NCBI RefSeq assembly: GCF_020745735.1
Contig: NC_083412.1
Location: 24,059,181-24,123,180, forward strand
Length of the DNA stretch: 64,000 nt
Reading direction: 5' to 3'
Origin: Hemiscyllium ocellatum
Lineage: Eukaryota
Both the position numbers and the translations under genes were made by a program. Below are positions 1-12,245 of the stretch, one piece after another. The first letter of the stretch is position 1; each line of letters opens with the position of its first letter. The notes under the pieces were generated by a model. It searched no databases and was not told the DNA's origin. It saw nothing but the letters and a program-made list of their open reading frames with translations.

Positions 1-377
1 GTAAGCTAAGACATAAGTTATTTCTTTTCATAATAACGCATATTAAAACCAGACTGCGGGGAGAGTTTTCTGTTTGTTTCTTTTTCCATTTCTTCCACTG
101 TCAAGTTACATTTACCCAAAACGAGAACCGCTGGATCTGAAGCTACAAATGTACCCACTTGCTGCCTTGTGCATGCCCAGTTTCATATCCAGGTTATGTT
201 GTTGCCTTAACAAGGATACACAGTGGAAAGGTGAGGGGTGCGAGTTGAAGTTAAACTGTCCGAGATTGTAGGAGGATTTGGGCTGGCGATGCGGCATCTC
301 TGAACATTGAGGGCCTTGGCGGTTTTTTTCCTGTGTGACGTTGGTCGCCAAAATGGCGTCTTGTCTTGCTCCCACAG

Positions 378-650
378 CAAGAGCTGATCGACAGCATCAG
401 CAAGAAGCTGCAAGTGCTGCGTGAGGCCCGAGAGAGCCTGCAGGACGATATCCAGGCCAACAATCTCCTAGGCAACGAGGTGGAGGCCATTGTCAAGCAA
501 GTCTGCAAGCCCAATGAGTTTGAGAAGTTCCGGATGTTCATCGGCGACCTGGACAAAGTGGTCAACCTGCTGCTGTCGCTGTCTGGTCGGCTGGCCAGAG
601 TAGAGAATGCCCTCAATACTCTAGACGAGGAGGCCTCTCCGGACGAGCGG
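378..650 (+). CDS. SHROOM2: Shroom family ASD2-domain exon (penultimate coding exon)
   Basis: Acceptor ttgctcccacAG ends at 377 and donor GTACGT starts at 651; 273 nt, phase 0. Encodes [29 protein letters not shown]...[29 protein letters not shown], the typical ASD2 sequence. The window opens with GTAAGC, possibly the preceding donor. Confidence 0.93.
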
Positions 651-769
651 GTACGTGGCTCCGAGACGGGCCGCCCTGTTTAAAGCTTGTAGTGCGACAA
701 ATTAAAGCACCGATATTAATATACAGTGTATCGAGTACAATGCTGCAGCAGTATCCCATAATTGAGGGA

Positions 770-1657
770 ACCATAAGAAATAGGAGCAGGAGTAGGCCGT
801 TCAGCCCCTCGACCCTGCTTGCCAACAATAGAATCTGACATTCCTCACATCCACTTTGCTGGGCCTTACCTGTTGTCCTTCATTTCCCCTCCCGATCACG
901 GACCTATCTATCTCAGCCTCAAATATATCCCAGGACTGTGCTGCAGCACAGAGTTCCAAAGACACCCAGCCCTCTGAGAGAAGACATTCTTCCTCATCTC
1001 AGTCTTCAATTGCTCCCCGACCCCTACCCCGACTGTAATTCTGAGACTACACCCTCTGGCTGTAGGAGGAGAGACACCCCCTCAGCGTTTACCCTGTCAG
1101 TCCCCTTCAGAATCCTGTAGATTTTAGTGAAATCACCTCTCTTTCTTTCAAACCCCAGTGAGTACAGTCTCAGGCTGTTTAGCTTTTTCTTATAAGACAA
1201 TCCCTGTACCAGGGATCATCCGAGTGAACCATCTCCAATCTGCCTCCAATCAAGCTTATGTATCTTTCCTTAAATAAGGGGATCAAAACAGTTCAGAACC
1301 TTGCACAGTTGTATTAAGACTTACCTATTTGTTTATCTGTGCTACTTAACTCTGTGATCTGCCTGTATTGCTTGCAAGACAAAGCTTTTCACTGAGCCTC
1401 GGTGCACATGACAATAAATTAAATTCAAGACATCCCTGCTCTTACACTCTAACCCCTTTTGAAATAAGGGCCAACATTCCATTCGCCTTCCTGATTGCCT
1501 GCTGTATCAGTGTGCTAGCTTTCTGTGATTCGTGCACAAGCAACCCCAAGTCCCTCTGTTTTGCAGCACTCTGCAGTTTTCTGCTAATTAAATAATGCTG
1601 TTCTTTTGTTCTCTCTTTCAAAATGAACAATGTCTCATTGCCCACATTATCCTTCAA
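770..1657 (-). mobile_element. CR1-type LINE 3' fragment, interrupted by a short LINE tail (about 1320-1430, ending gtgcacatgacaataaa)
   Basis: Minus-strand translation QRDLGLLVHESQKAS..QQAIRKANGMLALISKG; tail seen on + as ataagaaataggagcaggagtaggcc. Confidence 0.7.
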
Positions 1658-2004
1658 AGTGCGGCAGTTTGAGTAAATTCCAATCCCAACATGTCAGTGA
1701 GGGTACTTGAATTCAGTTTACAGACTTTGCAAACGTACAGTTAGTATCAGTTTAAAAAAAAATTAAGAAGCTGGGGGAACTGTTTACCTTAGGGAGAAAA
1801 GCTGCCATTCTCGCCCAGTCTGACTACTAGGTGACTCCAGTCTTAAACCAACGTGGTTGATTCTGAAGTTCCCTCTGAAATGACCTTTGGCTTGTTCCAA
1901 AGTGCTACCAGCAGTTAAAGGGGCAACATGGGAGAGACATTGAAGATTGACAATGCCAGGGACACCATCCTAGTCTAATCATGTACATAATAATCTGCAG
2001 CTGT

Positions 2005-2210
2005 AGAGTCATAGAAATGTGCAGCACAAAAACAGACCCTATGGTCCAACTCATCCACGCCAACCAGATGTCCTAAACTAACCTAGTCCCATTTCCCACA
2101 ATTTGGCCCATATCCCTCTAAACCCTTCCTATCTATGTACCTGTCCAGATGCCTTTTAAATGTTGTAATTGTACCAGCCTTCACTAGTTTCTCTGGCAGC
2201 TCATTTCATA
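2005..2210 (-). mobile_element. CR1/HER1 LINE 3' end
   Basis: Reverse complement of the tail shared by many copies in the window (gagctgccagagga..ggctggtacaattacaacatttaaaaggcatctgga...ctatgactct). Confidence 0.8.
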
Positions 2211-2239
2211 CAAGCATCAATAAGTTGCTATCCGAATTC

Positions 2240-2482
2240 AGAGAACACTGGAGAAACTCAGCAGGTTTGGCAGCATCTGTGGAGAGAGAAACAGAGTTAA
2301 CATTTCAAGTCCAGTGACCCTTCTTCAGATCTTTCTCTTTTTTATCACTCAAAAGAAGAGGCATACTAGACTCGAAAAATTAACTCTGTTTCTCTCTCTC
2401 TCTGCACAGACGCTGCCAGACCTGCTGAGTTTCTCCATTCTCTGTCTTGGTTTCACATTTCCAACATCTGCTGCACTTTGCC
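2240..2482. mobile_element. Older palindromic PLE-terminus element (hammerhead family C)
   Basis: ggagaaactcagcagg..tggcagc is inverted against gctgccagacctgctgagtttctcc. Minus strand CTGAAGA-A-GGGTC-ACTG-GACTT-GAAA at 2298-2328. Confidence 0.65.
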
Positions 2483-2649
2483 AGAATGATCTACTGAACG
2501 CCTCGTAACTCATAAACTCACTCCTGAATACGATGATTTCCACTGTTCACTGAAATATTAATTAACATTAAATATTAACTGGAGTTATTCCAGGGACTTA
2601 GCCATTGAATTCCAGCCATCTACAGCATGTCTAGGAGAGGGAATTAAAA

Positions 2650-2930
2650 ACTAGGTTTAAGGTGAGAGGGAAAAGGTTTAAGATGGACCCGAGGGGCAAT
2701 TTCTTCACGTAGAGTGTGGTGCATGTATAGAATGGAGCCAAAGTGTGTGAGTTAGGTACAATTGCAACATTTTAAAAAAAAACATTTGGATAGGTACATG
2801 GATGGGAAGGGATTAGAGATATGAACCAAATGTGGGCAATTGGAACTAGCTGGGTGGGCACCTTGGTCAGCATGGACTAATTTGGGCCGAATGGCCTGTT
2901 TCCATGTTATATTACTCTATGCCTCTATGT
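2650..2930 (+). mobile_element. CR1/HER1 LINE 3' end
   Basis: ggtttaaggtgagaggg...catttggataggtacatgga...ggcctgtttccatg..ctctatg. Confidence 0.75.
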
Positions 2931-3074
2931 CACCCAGTCATTAAAAATAATCATTTTAATTTGAGGATACATAATAGAGACCAAATGAAGAGAATTTTAG
3001 GATCATAGATGTCAAAAAATTTGGATTCCTAGTCCTGGTGTTTTTTTCATATCCATAGAATTAGGAAGATGACA

Positions 3075-3500
3075 GAATTTGCATTTATATAGCACCTTTC
3101 ACTATAAAAAGACACTGCAAGGCATTTTAAAAATATGAAATATTTTTCAAGTCGTTGCTGTACTTGGTCCCGCAGCAGGCTCAATTGCACAAAGCAAGAT
3201 CCCACAAACATCAGTGAAATGATCACCAGGCCACCTGTTTTGGTCATGTTGGTTGAAGAATAGATATTGGCCAGACCACCAGGAGGATCTCCCCTGCTGT
3301 TCAAACTAACGTCGTGGAACCTTTTACTTGCACCTGGGAAGGCAAACAGGGTCTTGGGTTAATGCCTCATTCACGAGGGACAGTGCAGCACTCCCAGAGT
3401 GTCAGTCTGGATATTATGCCGAGATGCCTGTGATGTGAGGCTTGAACCCACAACCTTCTGGCTCGGATGTGAGAGTGCTACCCACTGAAACAAAGATAGC
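3075..3500 (-). mobile_element. DeuSINE (SacSINE1-like tRNA-derived SINE), near full length
   Basis: On the minus strand: tRNA-like head cagtgggtagcactctc...ggttcaagc, Deu-domain gagtgctgcactgtc...tggccaatat...tttgtgggatcttgct, tail aaggtgctatataaatgcaa. Confidence 0.75.
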
Positions 3501-3711
3501 ACCTAAAATCCGAGGCTGTCCTGAGCTCTTGGGATGGCCACGTGCAGTGCTCAGTGTGCAGGTCAGCTACACAGAGGAGGAATAGCTCCACTCCAGGGAG
3601 AATAAACAGCCACAGATCGGAACAGTAGTTCAGTGATTGCCACTAGAATGTCATGCATGTGTATGTATGTGTTTATAACACAGACATATAAATATATATA
3701 TATATGCAGGC

Positions 3712-3921
3712 TGAAAATGTGTTGCTGGAAAAGCGCAGCATGTCAGGCAGCATCCAAGGAGCAGGAGAGTCCATGTTTCGGGCATGAGCCCTTCTTCATG
3801 AAATGGTCTCATGCCTGAAACGTCGATTCTCCTGCTCCTTGGGTGCTGCCTGACCTGCTGCGCTTTTCCAGCAACACATTTTCAGCTCTGATCTCCAGCA
3901 CCTGCAGTCCTCACTTTCTCC
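3712..3921. mobile_element. Palindromic non-autonomous PLE-terminus element (hammerhead family A)
   Basis: Inverted arms of about 85 bp plus a 35-nt tail. ATATATATGCAGGC duplicated at 3698-3711 and 3922-3935. Confidence 0.8.
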
Positions 3922-4390
3922 ATATATATGCAGGCCCCAGCAATGCCTTCCCTGGCCGGTGAGATTGCTGACACACCGAACGGACCTGAGAGAGTACATG
4001 CAACCATCAGTCATAAACCTCAACCCAGCAAACGACACCCCACCCTCTGGAGAGTTGAGACGAGACTAACCAAGAATAACAGGGAGGCTGTATTAAAACA
4101 AGAGTGAGGAGATTTCCCTTGCCTTGTATGTTGGTTCTTTTACAGAATCTCAGCTCCCCAAAGGTTTGTGCAGAAGAGATCAGGATAACATGCTAATGTA
4201 TATTCTGTAGTAAGAGACAGAAAAGAATGGCTTTCAAATGTACCTTCCCAACACCCCCCACACCTCCACAAATTGTGTGATCATTTGAAATTTGGCATTC
4301 TTGTGTTTATCCAGATAAATGCAATTGAAAGGATTCTGCAATCCATCTCTCTTCTCTGCAAGTGATTTCTGTTTTCTTTTCATTTTGTAG

Positions 4391-4660
4391 AAGACGCTCA
4401 CTCAAAAACAAAAGCTGCTCACAAGACAGCATGAAGATGCCAAGGAGCTGAAGGAGAACTTGGACAGAAGGGAGGGGGTGGTGTTTGACATTCTCTCCAG
4501 TTACCTGACAGACGAGCTCCTCCAGGACTACGAGCACTTTGTGAAGATGAAATCGGCCCTTATTATTGAGCAAAGGGAGCTGGAGGACAAGATCAAACTG
4601 GGAGAGGAGCAGCTCAAGTGTCTGCTGGAGAGCCTGCCTGTTGATGGCAAACCAAAGTAG
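4391..4660 (+). CDS. SHROOM2: Shroom family last coding exon (ASD2 C-terminus, stop TAG)
   Basis: Pyrimidine tract + tgtAG ends at 4390. Encodes [28 protein letters not shown]...[37 protein letters not shown], close to the recalled SHROOM2 C-terminus. In phase with the previous exon and syntenic with CLDN34/WWC3. Confidence 0.93.
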   Translation, partial: KTLTQKQKLLTRQHEDAKELKENLDRREGVVFDILSSYLTDELLQDYEHFVKMKSALIIEQRELEDKIKLGEEQLKCLLESLPVDGKPK

Positions 4661-6880
4661 AAACCAAAGGGTTAAAATGTTGTACTGGACACTGGGCTGC
4701 CTGCTCCCCTCTTTCTATCTGTGTGCGTGTGGTATAGCTGGATCTGTCCACTGGGGGGAGCCCAGCGTGGGAGGAATGACTTGAGGCCACGATTCTGAGC
4801 ATCAATGTTCAATGCAGAACTGAGTTCTGCCATATTGAACGTTTAATATTTTTAAACTTTTGGATATTTAGTCACACGTTTGACATTCTATTTGCTGCCA
4901 CATCAACCACTCCCCCGCCTACCCCCCCTCAGTCCTGCCGATTTGTCCCGTTTTTATCTGAGAAGGGTGAAAACGAAAAAGAATTGTTTCTTCGTTGATT
5001 TTTGGCCAAGGTTCTGATGCTTTGGTTCCCAAACAGGTTTTTTCCCCCCTTCTGGATAAATGTGACATGTTCATCAAATGATGTGATAACTGGATATTTT
5101 TTCTTTAAAAAAAAAAGAATGTGCATTAAATTAATTTATTGTAGCATTTATTAAAGCAAATAGATGGTTACAGAAGACAACAGTGTTTCATTGGAGGCAG
5201 TGTTGAATATGTCAATGTTTTACTTCCTGGTTTACAGATCTTTACACTCAAACTCAGACTGCATAACGAAATGTCTCTAATTATCTTGCTTAAGTAAACT
5301 AGTTTTCACCCCCTCCGCCATGCTCTGTGTTTGGCCTTCAAATGTGCATTTTAAAAACCTGAATGTAAAAATACTCTGGTCAGCTTATGAAAAAAACAGC
5401 CAAATCATGTGCCTCTAAAATGGTTTGACTTTCATCTTACGATAAGCTTCAATGTTATCAAGGAGTGAAAGGATGATTAAAACTAATCACACATGGTCAG
5501 AGCAACCGGGCAAACACCTAAGGCTCTATCAACAACTTAAACATTGTGGAGGAGGTTTTAATTTTAGCTGCTGAAGATATACTGCCAGGTATTCTGAAAT
5601 GTATTTTAGAAAATTGCAGGTTATAACAGTTTTATAAGACCAAAATGGCCAATGTTATGGTGCTGCTTTGCGTTAATTGTAGTGCACTGCTGGAAGTCTA
5701 ACATTACCATTTGTAATGTGAAACACTTATCGTCAGGAGCTCACCAATAAGGGTCAATATACTTGGGTTTTGTTAAAAGCAACGGAGACAAAGATCTTTT
5801 TTGATTCTTATAAGAGCCATTCAAAATACAGCATCCAAACCACAATGCAATGGAGGCAAAGTGACCTGCGTACGAAGGATTTGAACATTGGGATGACTTG
5901 GCTGCCTTTCCGTCTAGTTTCAGGTACTGAATGGGGCTTTGCCAGTTTGTAAACTGTTGACGATTTAAAAGTCGGTAACACTCTGTTACATTTGCCTGAA
6001 TGCACTTCATGTCAAATCTGTGTAAGTTGGGTGTTTCTACCCGCACCTCTGTAAACTAGGCACTGCAGTGCCTTCAGTGGTAGTAGATTGTAATTATCGT
6101 GTGACAAGTTGACATTGTTTTCCATTGTCAATGTGGGACAGAATCTGTGCTTTTCAAATGGGACTGATTTAATGATGTCTCCATTCTGTGGCCCTGTTAT
6201 CCTCCAACTTTTATGTTTCTCTCACCTGACTTCTGCACTGGTTTAACTTGCTGAGTTCCATCAGTGTCGCTCAGTCTATTACAGCATTAGAGTCAGCTCC
6301 TCAGTAAAGGTCTGGCTGCTGTTGACACCACATACACATACAGATGTTTTATTCAATGGCTTCTTTCGAAACTTTGTGCACTCTTCCTGCTGAGGAAGCA
6401 GAAAAGGGAGGTGCCGGAAGAGTGTGCACTTCTCGCTGCTGTGTAAGATGGCCAGGATGGAGGCTCCCACATCACTGCCAGCAATGAGGCTGAGATATAT
6501 TTTAGTGATACGGATTGAGAGCTGGGCAGCAAACTCCCTGGGAGTAAAGAGTTGGATCTTTCCCCTGGAAGGGCAGCCATGTCCTTAGTTTGGGAGATGT
6601 GAGAGACCGGAAATATTGGAGCAGGATCATTACTTCAGACAAACCTGCAATGCTTTGTGATTAATGCAAGCTACCACTATGTTGCCATTCATTGTGGAGA
6701 CCTCTAACAAGTGATTGCCCGTGTCCTCCTCCAAGGGCAGTGTCTGCTGCTGGAGTACAGTACCACAAGTGCTCATCTCCAGTGGGTCTTCCATGTGCGA
6801 ACATCAAGTGGGTTGTTTGATGGTTGGGCCTCTGGCTGAGAGGTAGGGTACTACTTTGAGCAAACTAAAAGCAATTAACC
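4661..6880 (+). other. Probable SHROOM2 3' UTR region (end uncertain)
   Basis: AT-rich stretch after the stop codon with no recognisable TE. ATTAAA variant poly(A) signals at 5125-5130 and 5150-5155. Confidence 0.45.
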
Positions 6881-6889
6881 TCACTAACT

Positions 6890-7325
6890 GTCAGGGTTGG
6901 AGCTATAGGAAGAGGTTGAATAGGCTGGAGTGTCGGAGGCTGAGGGGTGACCTAATAGAGATTTATAAAATCATGAGAGGCATGGATAGGGTGAATAGAC
7001 AAGGTCTTTTCCCTGGGGTGGGGCAGTCCAGAACTAGAGGGCATTGGTTTAGGGTGAGGAGTGGAACAAAGGGACCCAAGGGGCAACTTTTTCACACAGA
7101 GGGTGGTGCGTGTATGGAATGAGCTGCCAGAGGAAGTGGTGGAGGCTGGTACAATTACAACATTTAAAAGGCATCTGGGTGGATATATGAATAAAAATGG
7201 TTTAGAGGGATATGGGCCAAGTGCTGGCAAATGGAACTAGATTAGGTTAGGATATCTGGTCAGCACGGGCGAGTTGGACCGAAGGGTCTATTTCCATGCC
7301 TGATTTCATACATCTCTATGACTAA
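6890..7325 (+). mobile_element. CR1/HER1 LINE 3' fragment
   Basis: SYRKRLNRL..RRLRGDLIEIYKIMRGMD..RTRGH, followed by the conserved tail. Confidence 0.85.
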
Positions 7326-7519
7326 CTAATGAACCAACCCTTAAACGGCCACTGCAATAAAAAAAGTTTCAATATTTGTATGAGCAGTTGCCAGTTAAAC
7401 CCACCATAGCAATTAATTATACTCAATGTTATTAACTCTGCCATCACATATCTCCATGGCAATATTGCAGACAACTGATAGGTCAGCTGACTCTGATACC
7501 TCTTCCAACATTCATCACA

Positions 7520-8220
7520 GAATCCCAAAATCGTTACAGGTCGATGAGGCCATTTGGCCCTGCATGCTTGTTATCTCGTGCTAATCCCCTGTATTTTACC
7601 CATGTCTGTGCACACTGTTTCTATAGAAAAGCTCCAATGCCATCTTGAACGTCTCAACTGAACCTGCCCCAACCACATTACCAGGCAGTGCACTTCATAC
7701 CCTTGCTACACGTTGTGGGAAAATGATTGCTTTTTCTCACACTACCCTTGCTTAGTTTGCAGATTGCTTCTAATCTATATTCTCTGACCTTATTCCTCGA
7801 GGGACTGCTTCTCCCTGTCTAGTCTGTCCAGCCCATTCGTGATTTTGAAAACCGCTGTCAAATCTCATCTCAGTCACCTTCTCTCAGAGGAAAGCCGTCC
7901 CAACGTCATCAATCTATCCACCCAACTGAAGTTTCTTATTCCTGGAACCGTTCTTGGAAATCGCTTCTGCGCTCTCTCCAGGGTGTTCGCGTCTTCCCTG
8001 TAACGATGCACCCACAATGGTACCCAATACTCTAACTCAGGTCTAACCAGTGCCTTAGACAAGTTCAACATCACCTTCTTGCTCTAGTACTTTACGCCCT
8101 TCATAATTAAACTGAAAACACTGCATGCTCAACAAACTGTTCTTTCCATCTGACCTATGATGTTCAATGGTCTTTGCACGTGTTCACCCTCTGCACCTGC
8201 ACTCCCTTAGTCTTGTATTC
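7520..8220 (-). mobile_element. Older CR1 LINE fragment
   Basis: LSKALVRPELEYWVPLW...LERAQKRFPRTVPG on the minus strand. Confidence 0.7.
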
Positions 8221-8631
8221 CAGGACTTTGGAACAATCCAGTGCTCAACTGGACCCTCCAAGCTATACACAGTCTTTGTTAAAATGATCTGACCTTGTGG
8301 GGCACATGGTTTGTGGGCCCACACCCCCTTCCCCCACCCCTCACCAACTCCTCTGTTGGCCATTAATTGACATAACCAGAAGGGCGTGTGATGGAACCTT
8401 TAGACTGGACTCTCTTTTCCCTTTGTGAGATCTTCAATAGTGCCCAGTTTTACCAGATCTAGAAAGTCCCACCCACACGACAGTCCATGATCTAAAGGTC
8501 AGACTCTGGCTTGGTTCAGTTCCTGGATCTTGATGCAAGTGAAGAGGTGGGACTGAAACCAGAAAGACCTTCGCTTCCTTTGCTGGTTGGATGCAGTTAT
8601 GTTGAGTGCATTTGTGTAGTACCTTTTGTTG

Positions 8632-8925
8632 GGCGCCACGGTGGCTCAGTGGTTAGCACTGCTGCCTCACAGCGCCAGGCACCCGGGTTCGCTTCCAGCC
8701 TCAGGCAACTGTCTGTGTGGAGTTTGCACATTCTCCCCGTGTCTGTGTGGGTTTCCTCCGGGTGCTCCGGTTTCCTCCCACAGTCCAAAGATGTTCAGGC
8801 CAGGTGAATTAGCCATGCTAAATTATCCACAGTGTTCAGGATGTGTGGGCTTGGTGCATTAGTTAGGGGTCGGTGTGGACTTGGGCTGAATGGCCTGTTT
8901 CCACACTCTAGGAATTCTGTGTTCT
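8632..8925 (+). mobile_element. HE1-type V-SINE
   Basis: tRNA-like A box ggtggctcagtggtt, B box gggttcg, V-domain ctgtgtggagtttgcacattctccccgtgtc...ggtttcctcccacagtccaaaga, CR1-like tail. Confidence 0.85.
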
Positions 8926-9211
8926 GTGACTTCAGGAGATTTCCCCCAAAAGTGCTTTGCAGTCAATGAAGTAAGTTTGTCATGGTGGTCGCTGTTAGAA
9001 TGCAGGAGGCATGGCAAGCTCCCATGATCAGCCGTGTGATCGTGACCAGCCATGCGGATGTTGCCAGCCAATCACAGGACAGGAGGCCTCTTGACGACTC
9101 TGCCGGGCAAGATGGCTGCCACTGATGTCTTGATCTGTGATCGTTAGCTTGGCTCAACACAGAGGTGCCCTGGCAGGCTGTGAGAACATTCACAATCTTT
9201 TAGTTGGGGAA

Positions 9212-9273
9212 GGGGAGGGAGAGAGAGAGAGGGAGGGAGGGAGGGAGGGAGAGAGAGACAGACAGACAGACAG
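9212..9273 (+). repeat. Compound purine microsatellite (GA)n/(GGGA)n/(GACA)n
   Basis: Seen directly in the sequence. Confidence 0.9.
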
Positions 9274-9574
9274 AAGAGCGGAGAGGCTGGCTGGGAAAAG
9301 ATGTCCCACCAGGAGACCGGGTCATAAGGGCTGCCTCTCGTGCCTACCTCCCTGTTGGCAACACAGAGCCTTGGGTCCAATCATAACCTGGACCGGCCCT
9401 GGAAAGCCACCTCTGTGGATCTAGTGCCCATCCAGTGAAGTGCCACCAGCCTGTGGATTCCTCACCCACAGCTCACCATGGTGTGGTGTCCCATATGATG
9501 GATTCATCAGATAGGCATCTGCAGGGCCCGCCTGCTCCAACACACTTGAGGAAATTCACGTGCTACTCTTACGA

Positions 9575-9897
9575 ATCATGGAATCCCTACAGTGCGGAAG
9601 AAGGCCATTCGGCCCATCAAGTCCACACTGACCCTCTGGAGAGCATCCCACCCAAACCACCATATCCCCGCATTTCCCATGGCTAACCCACCCAGCCTGC
9701 ACATCTCTGGGCACTATGAGCAACTTAGTATGGCCAATCCACCTAACCTGCACATCTTTGGACTGTGGGAGGAAACCGGAGCACCCGTAGGAAGCCCATG
9801 CAGACACAGGGACAATGTGCACAGACAGTCGCCTGAGGATGGAATCGAACCCAGGTCCCTGGCGCTCTGAGGCAGCAGTGCTAACCACTGAGCCATG
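9575..9897 (-). mobile_element. HE1-type V-SINE
   Basis: Reverse complement of the same head, V-domain and tail. Confidence 0.85.
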
Positions 9898-11599
9898 AGA
9901 AAAGGCTCTTGTCTCAAACAAGATGCTGGTTAATCCATAAGAAAACAGGAAGTGCTGGAGAAACTCAGTGGGTCTGGCGGCATCCAGGGCAGAGAAGCAG
10001 AGTTAGAGTTTGAAGACCAGTTATGGCAATGAGGTGCAAGTTACAATGGGCTGATCCACACAGTCACTGAGACTATCAGGGTGACTTGAGGCTTCCAGCT
10101 TTGAGACACAAAGCCACTCCCCTCATCCCAGTCTACGTAGCATCCTTGGCTTTAACCCTTTCAGACCCTTACACCTAAGGCACCAGACTGTCCCTCAGTC
10201 TGTTCACTGCTGACGTGGCTCTGCCCTATTTTTCATGGTTCCACGTCCTCACCATTTCCAGTTCCTCAGGGAGTGGAGAGCAGGGCTTGGTTTCTGAGCA
10301 GTCCACTCTGCGTGCATCCTTGGCCTGCTGAGGTTCTGTGCCTGTCCTCAGGCCTACCACCCAGCTCTCTCCCTGTGGCCAACCTGAGGCCTGCAGAGAA
10401 AGCAATTGGTGGTGAGCACAGACCTGGAGTCTGGGGAATTTCCCCACCTCACACAGGATTGGGGGCTCAGCCAAAATTTGAATGGAATGTGTTCCATTCC
10501 CAATCTACAGTAACTTCCCTGCCCTCCCATGAATCAAGACTTTGAAGCCCATTTTCTCCCCACCCATGTGAGGCAAACATTTACTGTATCTGTTATTTGG
10601 AAAACAGTTCAGCTCAAACCCTTTGCAGCCTGGGGAGGGGTTGCTGGGGGAGAGGTAATTATCCTGGGATTTTGCTGAATCTTTCAGACACATTCCTGCA
10701 AGCAACTTGAGAGAAAAGCCACTGTGATGTTTTCCCTCATTTCTCAGGCACATCCTCCAGGGGGTTCGGATTGTGGATTGGCTGGCCTAACTGGCCAATG
10801 GCGAGAGTGTGTGCAGACACGTGACCGAAGCTCTTGGAAGTTGGTGTCAGCCAACCTGAGTTTGGGGGACGAGGGAAATGCCCCAAGCGACCTGTGGGCA
10901 CACACAAGCGAGCTTTGTACACACAGTGCCGTACTCCTTGAGTGGTTTTGGTAAACTTGAGTGGTAAGGTATTGGGGGACTGGAGTCCCATATAGGCCGG
11001 AGTCAGTATGGATGGCAGTTTGTTTCCCGAAGACCACTCATGGACAATCGCTCGGCTTCACGCTCCATTTGAATTCCTGCAAACCGAATTAAAATCCTCA
11101 GTCTTCTCTGGTGGGACTTGAACACTCACTCCCGGTATTACTCGTTCACCAATGTAATCAGCCCACCCTAATGATGCTTCCCTCCCTTTCGGCTGTTAGT
11201 CAGGGTATTATTGAGGTCGGTACAATTGGTGGTTGAGCCACTGTATTATTGTCGGACCAGCTGTGAAGTAAACCTTGCTCATATCGAAGGATTGTTCATC
11301 CCAAGTGAACATGATCTAGAATCTTCTGACTTAAAGCGTCCCCTCAGACTGCAGGCCAAGCCTGGGCTGAAGGCACGGTTCAGCGTGCAACAGCCAGCCA
11401 CATAGAAGGATACGCCAAGGAAGGAGGCCATTCAGCCCTCAGTGATTGCTCTTTCCTCATTGCCCTGCAAGTGTTCCCTTTATACCAGCATGTCCGATTG
11501 TGAAGGGCTGGGACGTTAGATTGATGGAGCTGTGCTATGCAAGAGAGCTGGCTGATGGAGAAAGGCCCCTTTATGCAGCCCTGCTTCAGAGGCAAAGAG

Positions 11600-12050
11600 T
11601 CACACAGACTCCATGCGTGTTCCCAAATGCAACTAATCCCACCTGCCTGCGCTTGGCCCATATCCCTCCAAACCTTTCCTCCTCATGTACTTATCCAACC
11701 GTCTCTTAAACGTTGTAACTGTACCTGCATCCACCATTTCCTCCAGCAGCGCATTCCACTCTCTGTGTAAAAACATTACCCCTTGTGTCTTTATACAATA
11801 TTTCTTCTGCTCACCTTAAAAATAGGCATCCCTATTCCTGAAATCCCTCACCCTAAGGAAAAAAAGACATGCCATTTACCCTATCCATGCCTCTCGTGAT
11901 TTCTTAAACCTCTGTAAGGTCACCCCTCAATCTCCTACGCTCCAGGGAAAACAGGCCCAGCCTGTCCAGCCTCTCCCCATACCACAACCCTCCATTCCCG
12001 GCAACATCCTGGTATAACTTTACTGAGCCCTCTCCAGCCTCACGATATCA
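11600..12050 (-). mobile_element. CR1 LINE 3' fragment (probably in the CLDN34 5' UTR intron)
   Basis: ttggcccatatccctccaaacc...taaggtcacccctcaatctcctacgctccagggaaaa. Confidence 0.75.
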
Positions 12051-12245
12051 ATGTGCTGGATGGGCTGGTATTAGTTTACAGTGTAACCAGGAAACCCAAA
12101 CTAAAGGAGCTCCGACAACAGAAACAAAACACCATTCCGTTCCTTACCTGCAGTGAGTGAGCTGGCCGGAGGCTTCCTCTCACCAAGCCTTCATGTCTTT
12201 GCAAATGGAGTCCGGCCAGTGAGTACCCTGACAACCGCAGGGGTC

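Noticed and set aside
651-683. ORF continuations past splice donors (also 61381-61483)
   Set aside because: Similarity to Shroom or WWC proteins ends at canonical GT donors, so the rest is intron.
3712-3921. Long hairpins as miRNA precursors or classical MITEs
   Set aside because: Variable long TSDs, asymmetric tails and identity to PLE termini fit retrotransposed pLTR fold-backs better.
8632-8710. tRNA-like sequences here and at the other SINE heads
   Set aside because: They continue into the V-domain and a LINE-derived tail, so they are SINEs rather than tRNA genes.
12153-12245. 31-aa N-terminal extension of the CLDN34 ORF
   Set aside because: It starts at a GTG overlapping the splice acceptor. 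ATG 12246 gives the normal short claudin N-terminus.
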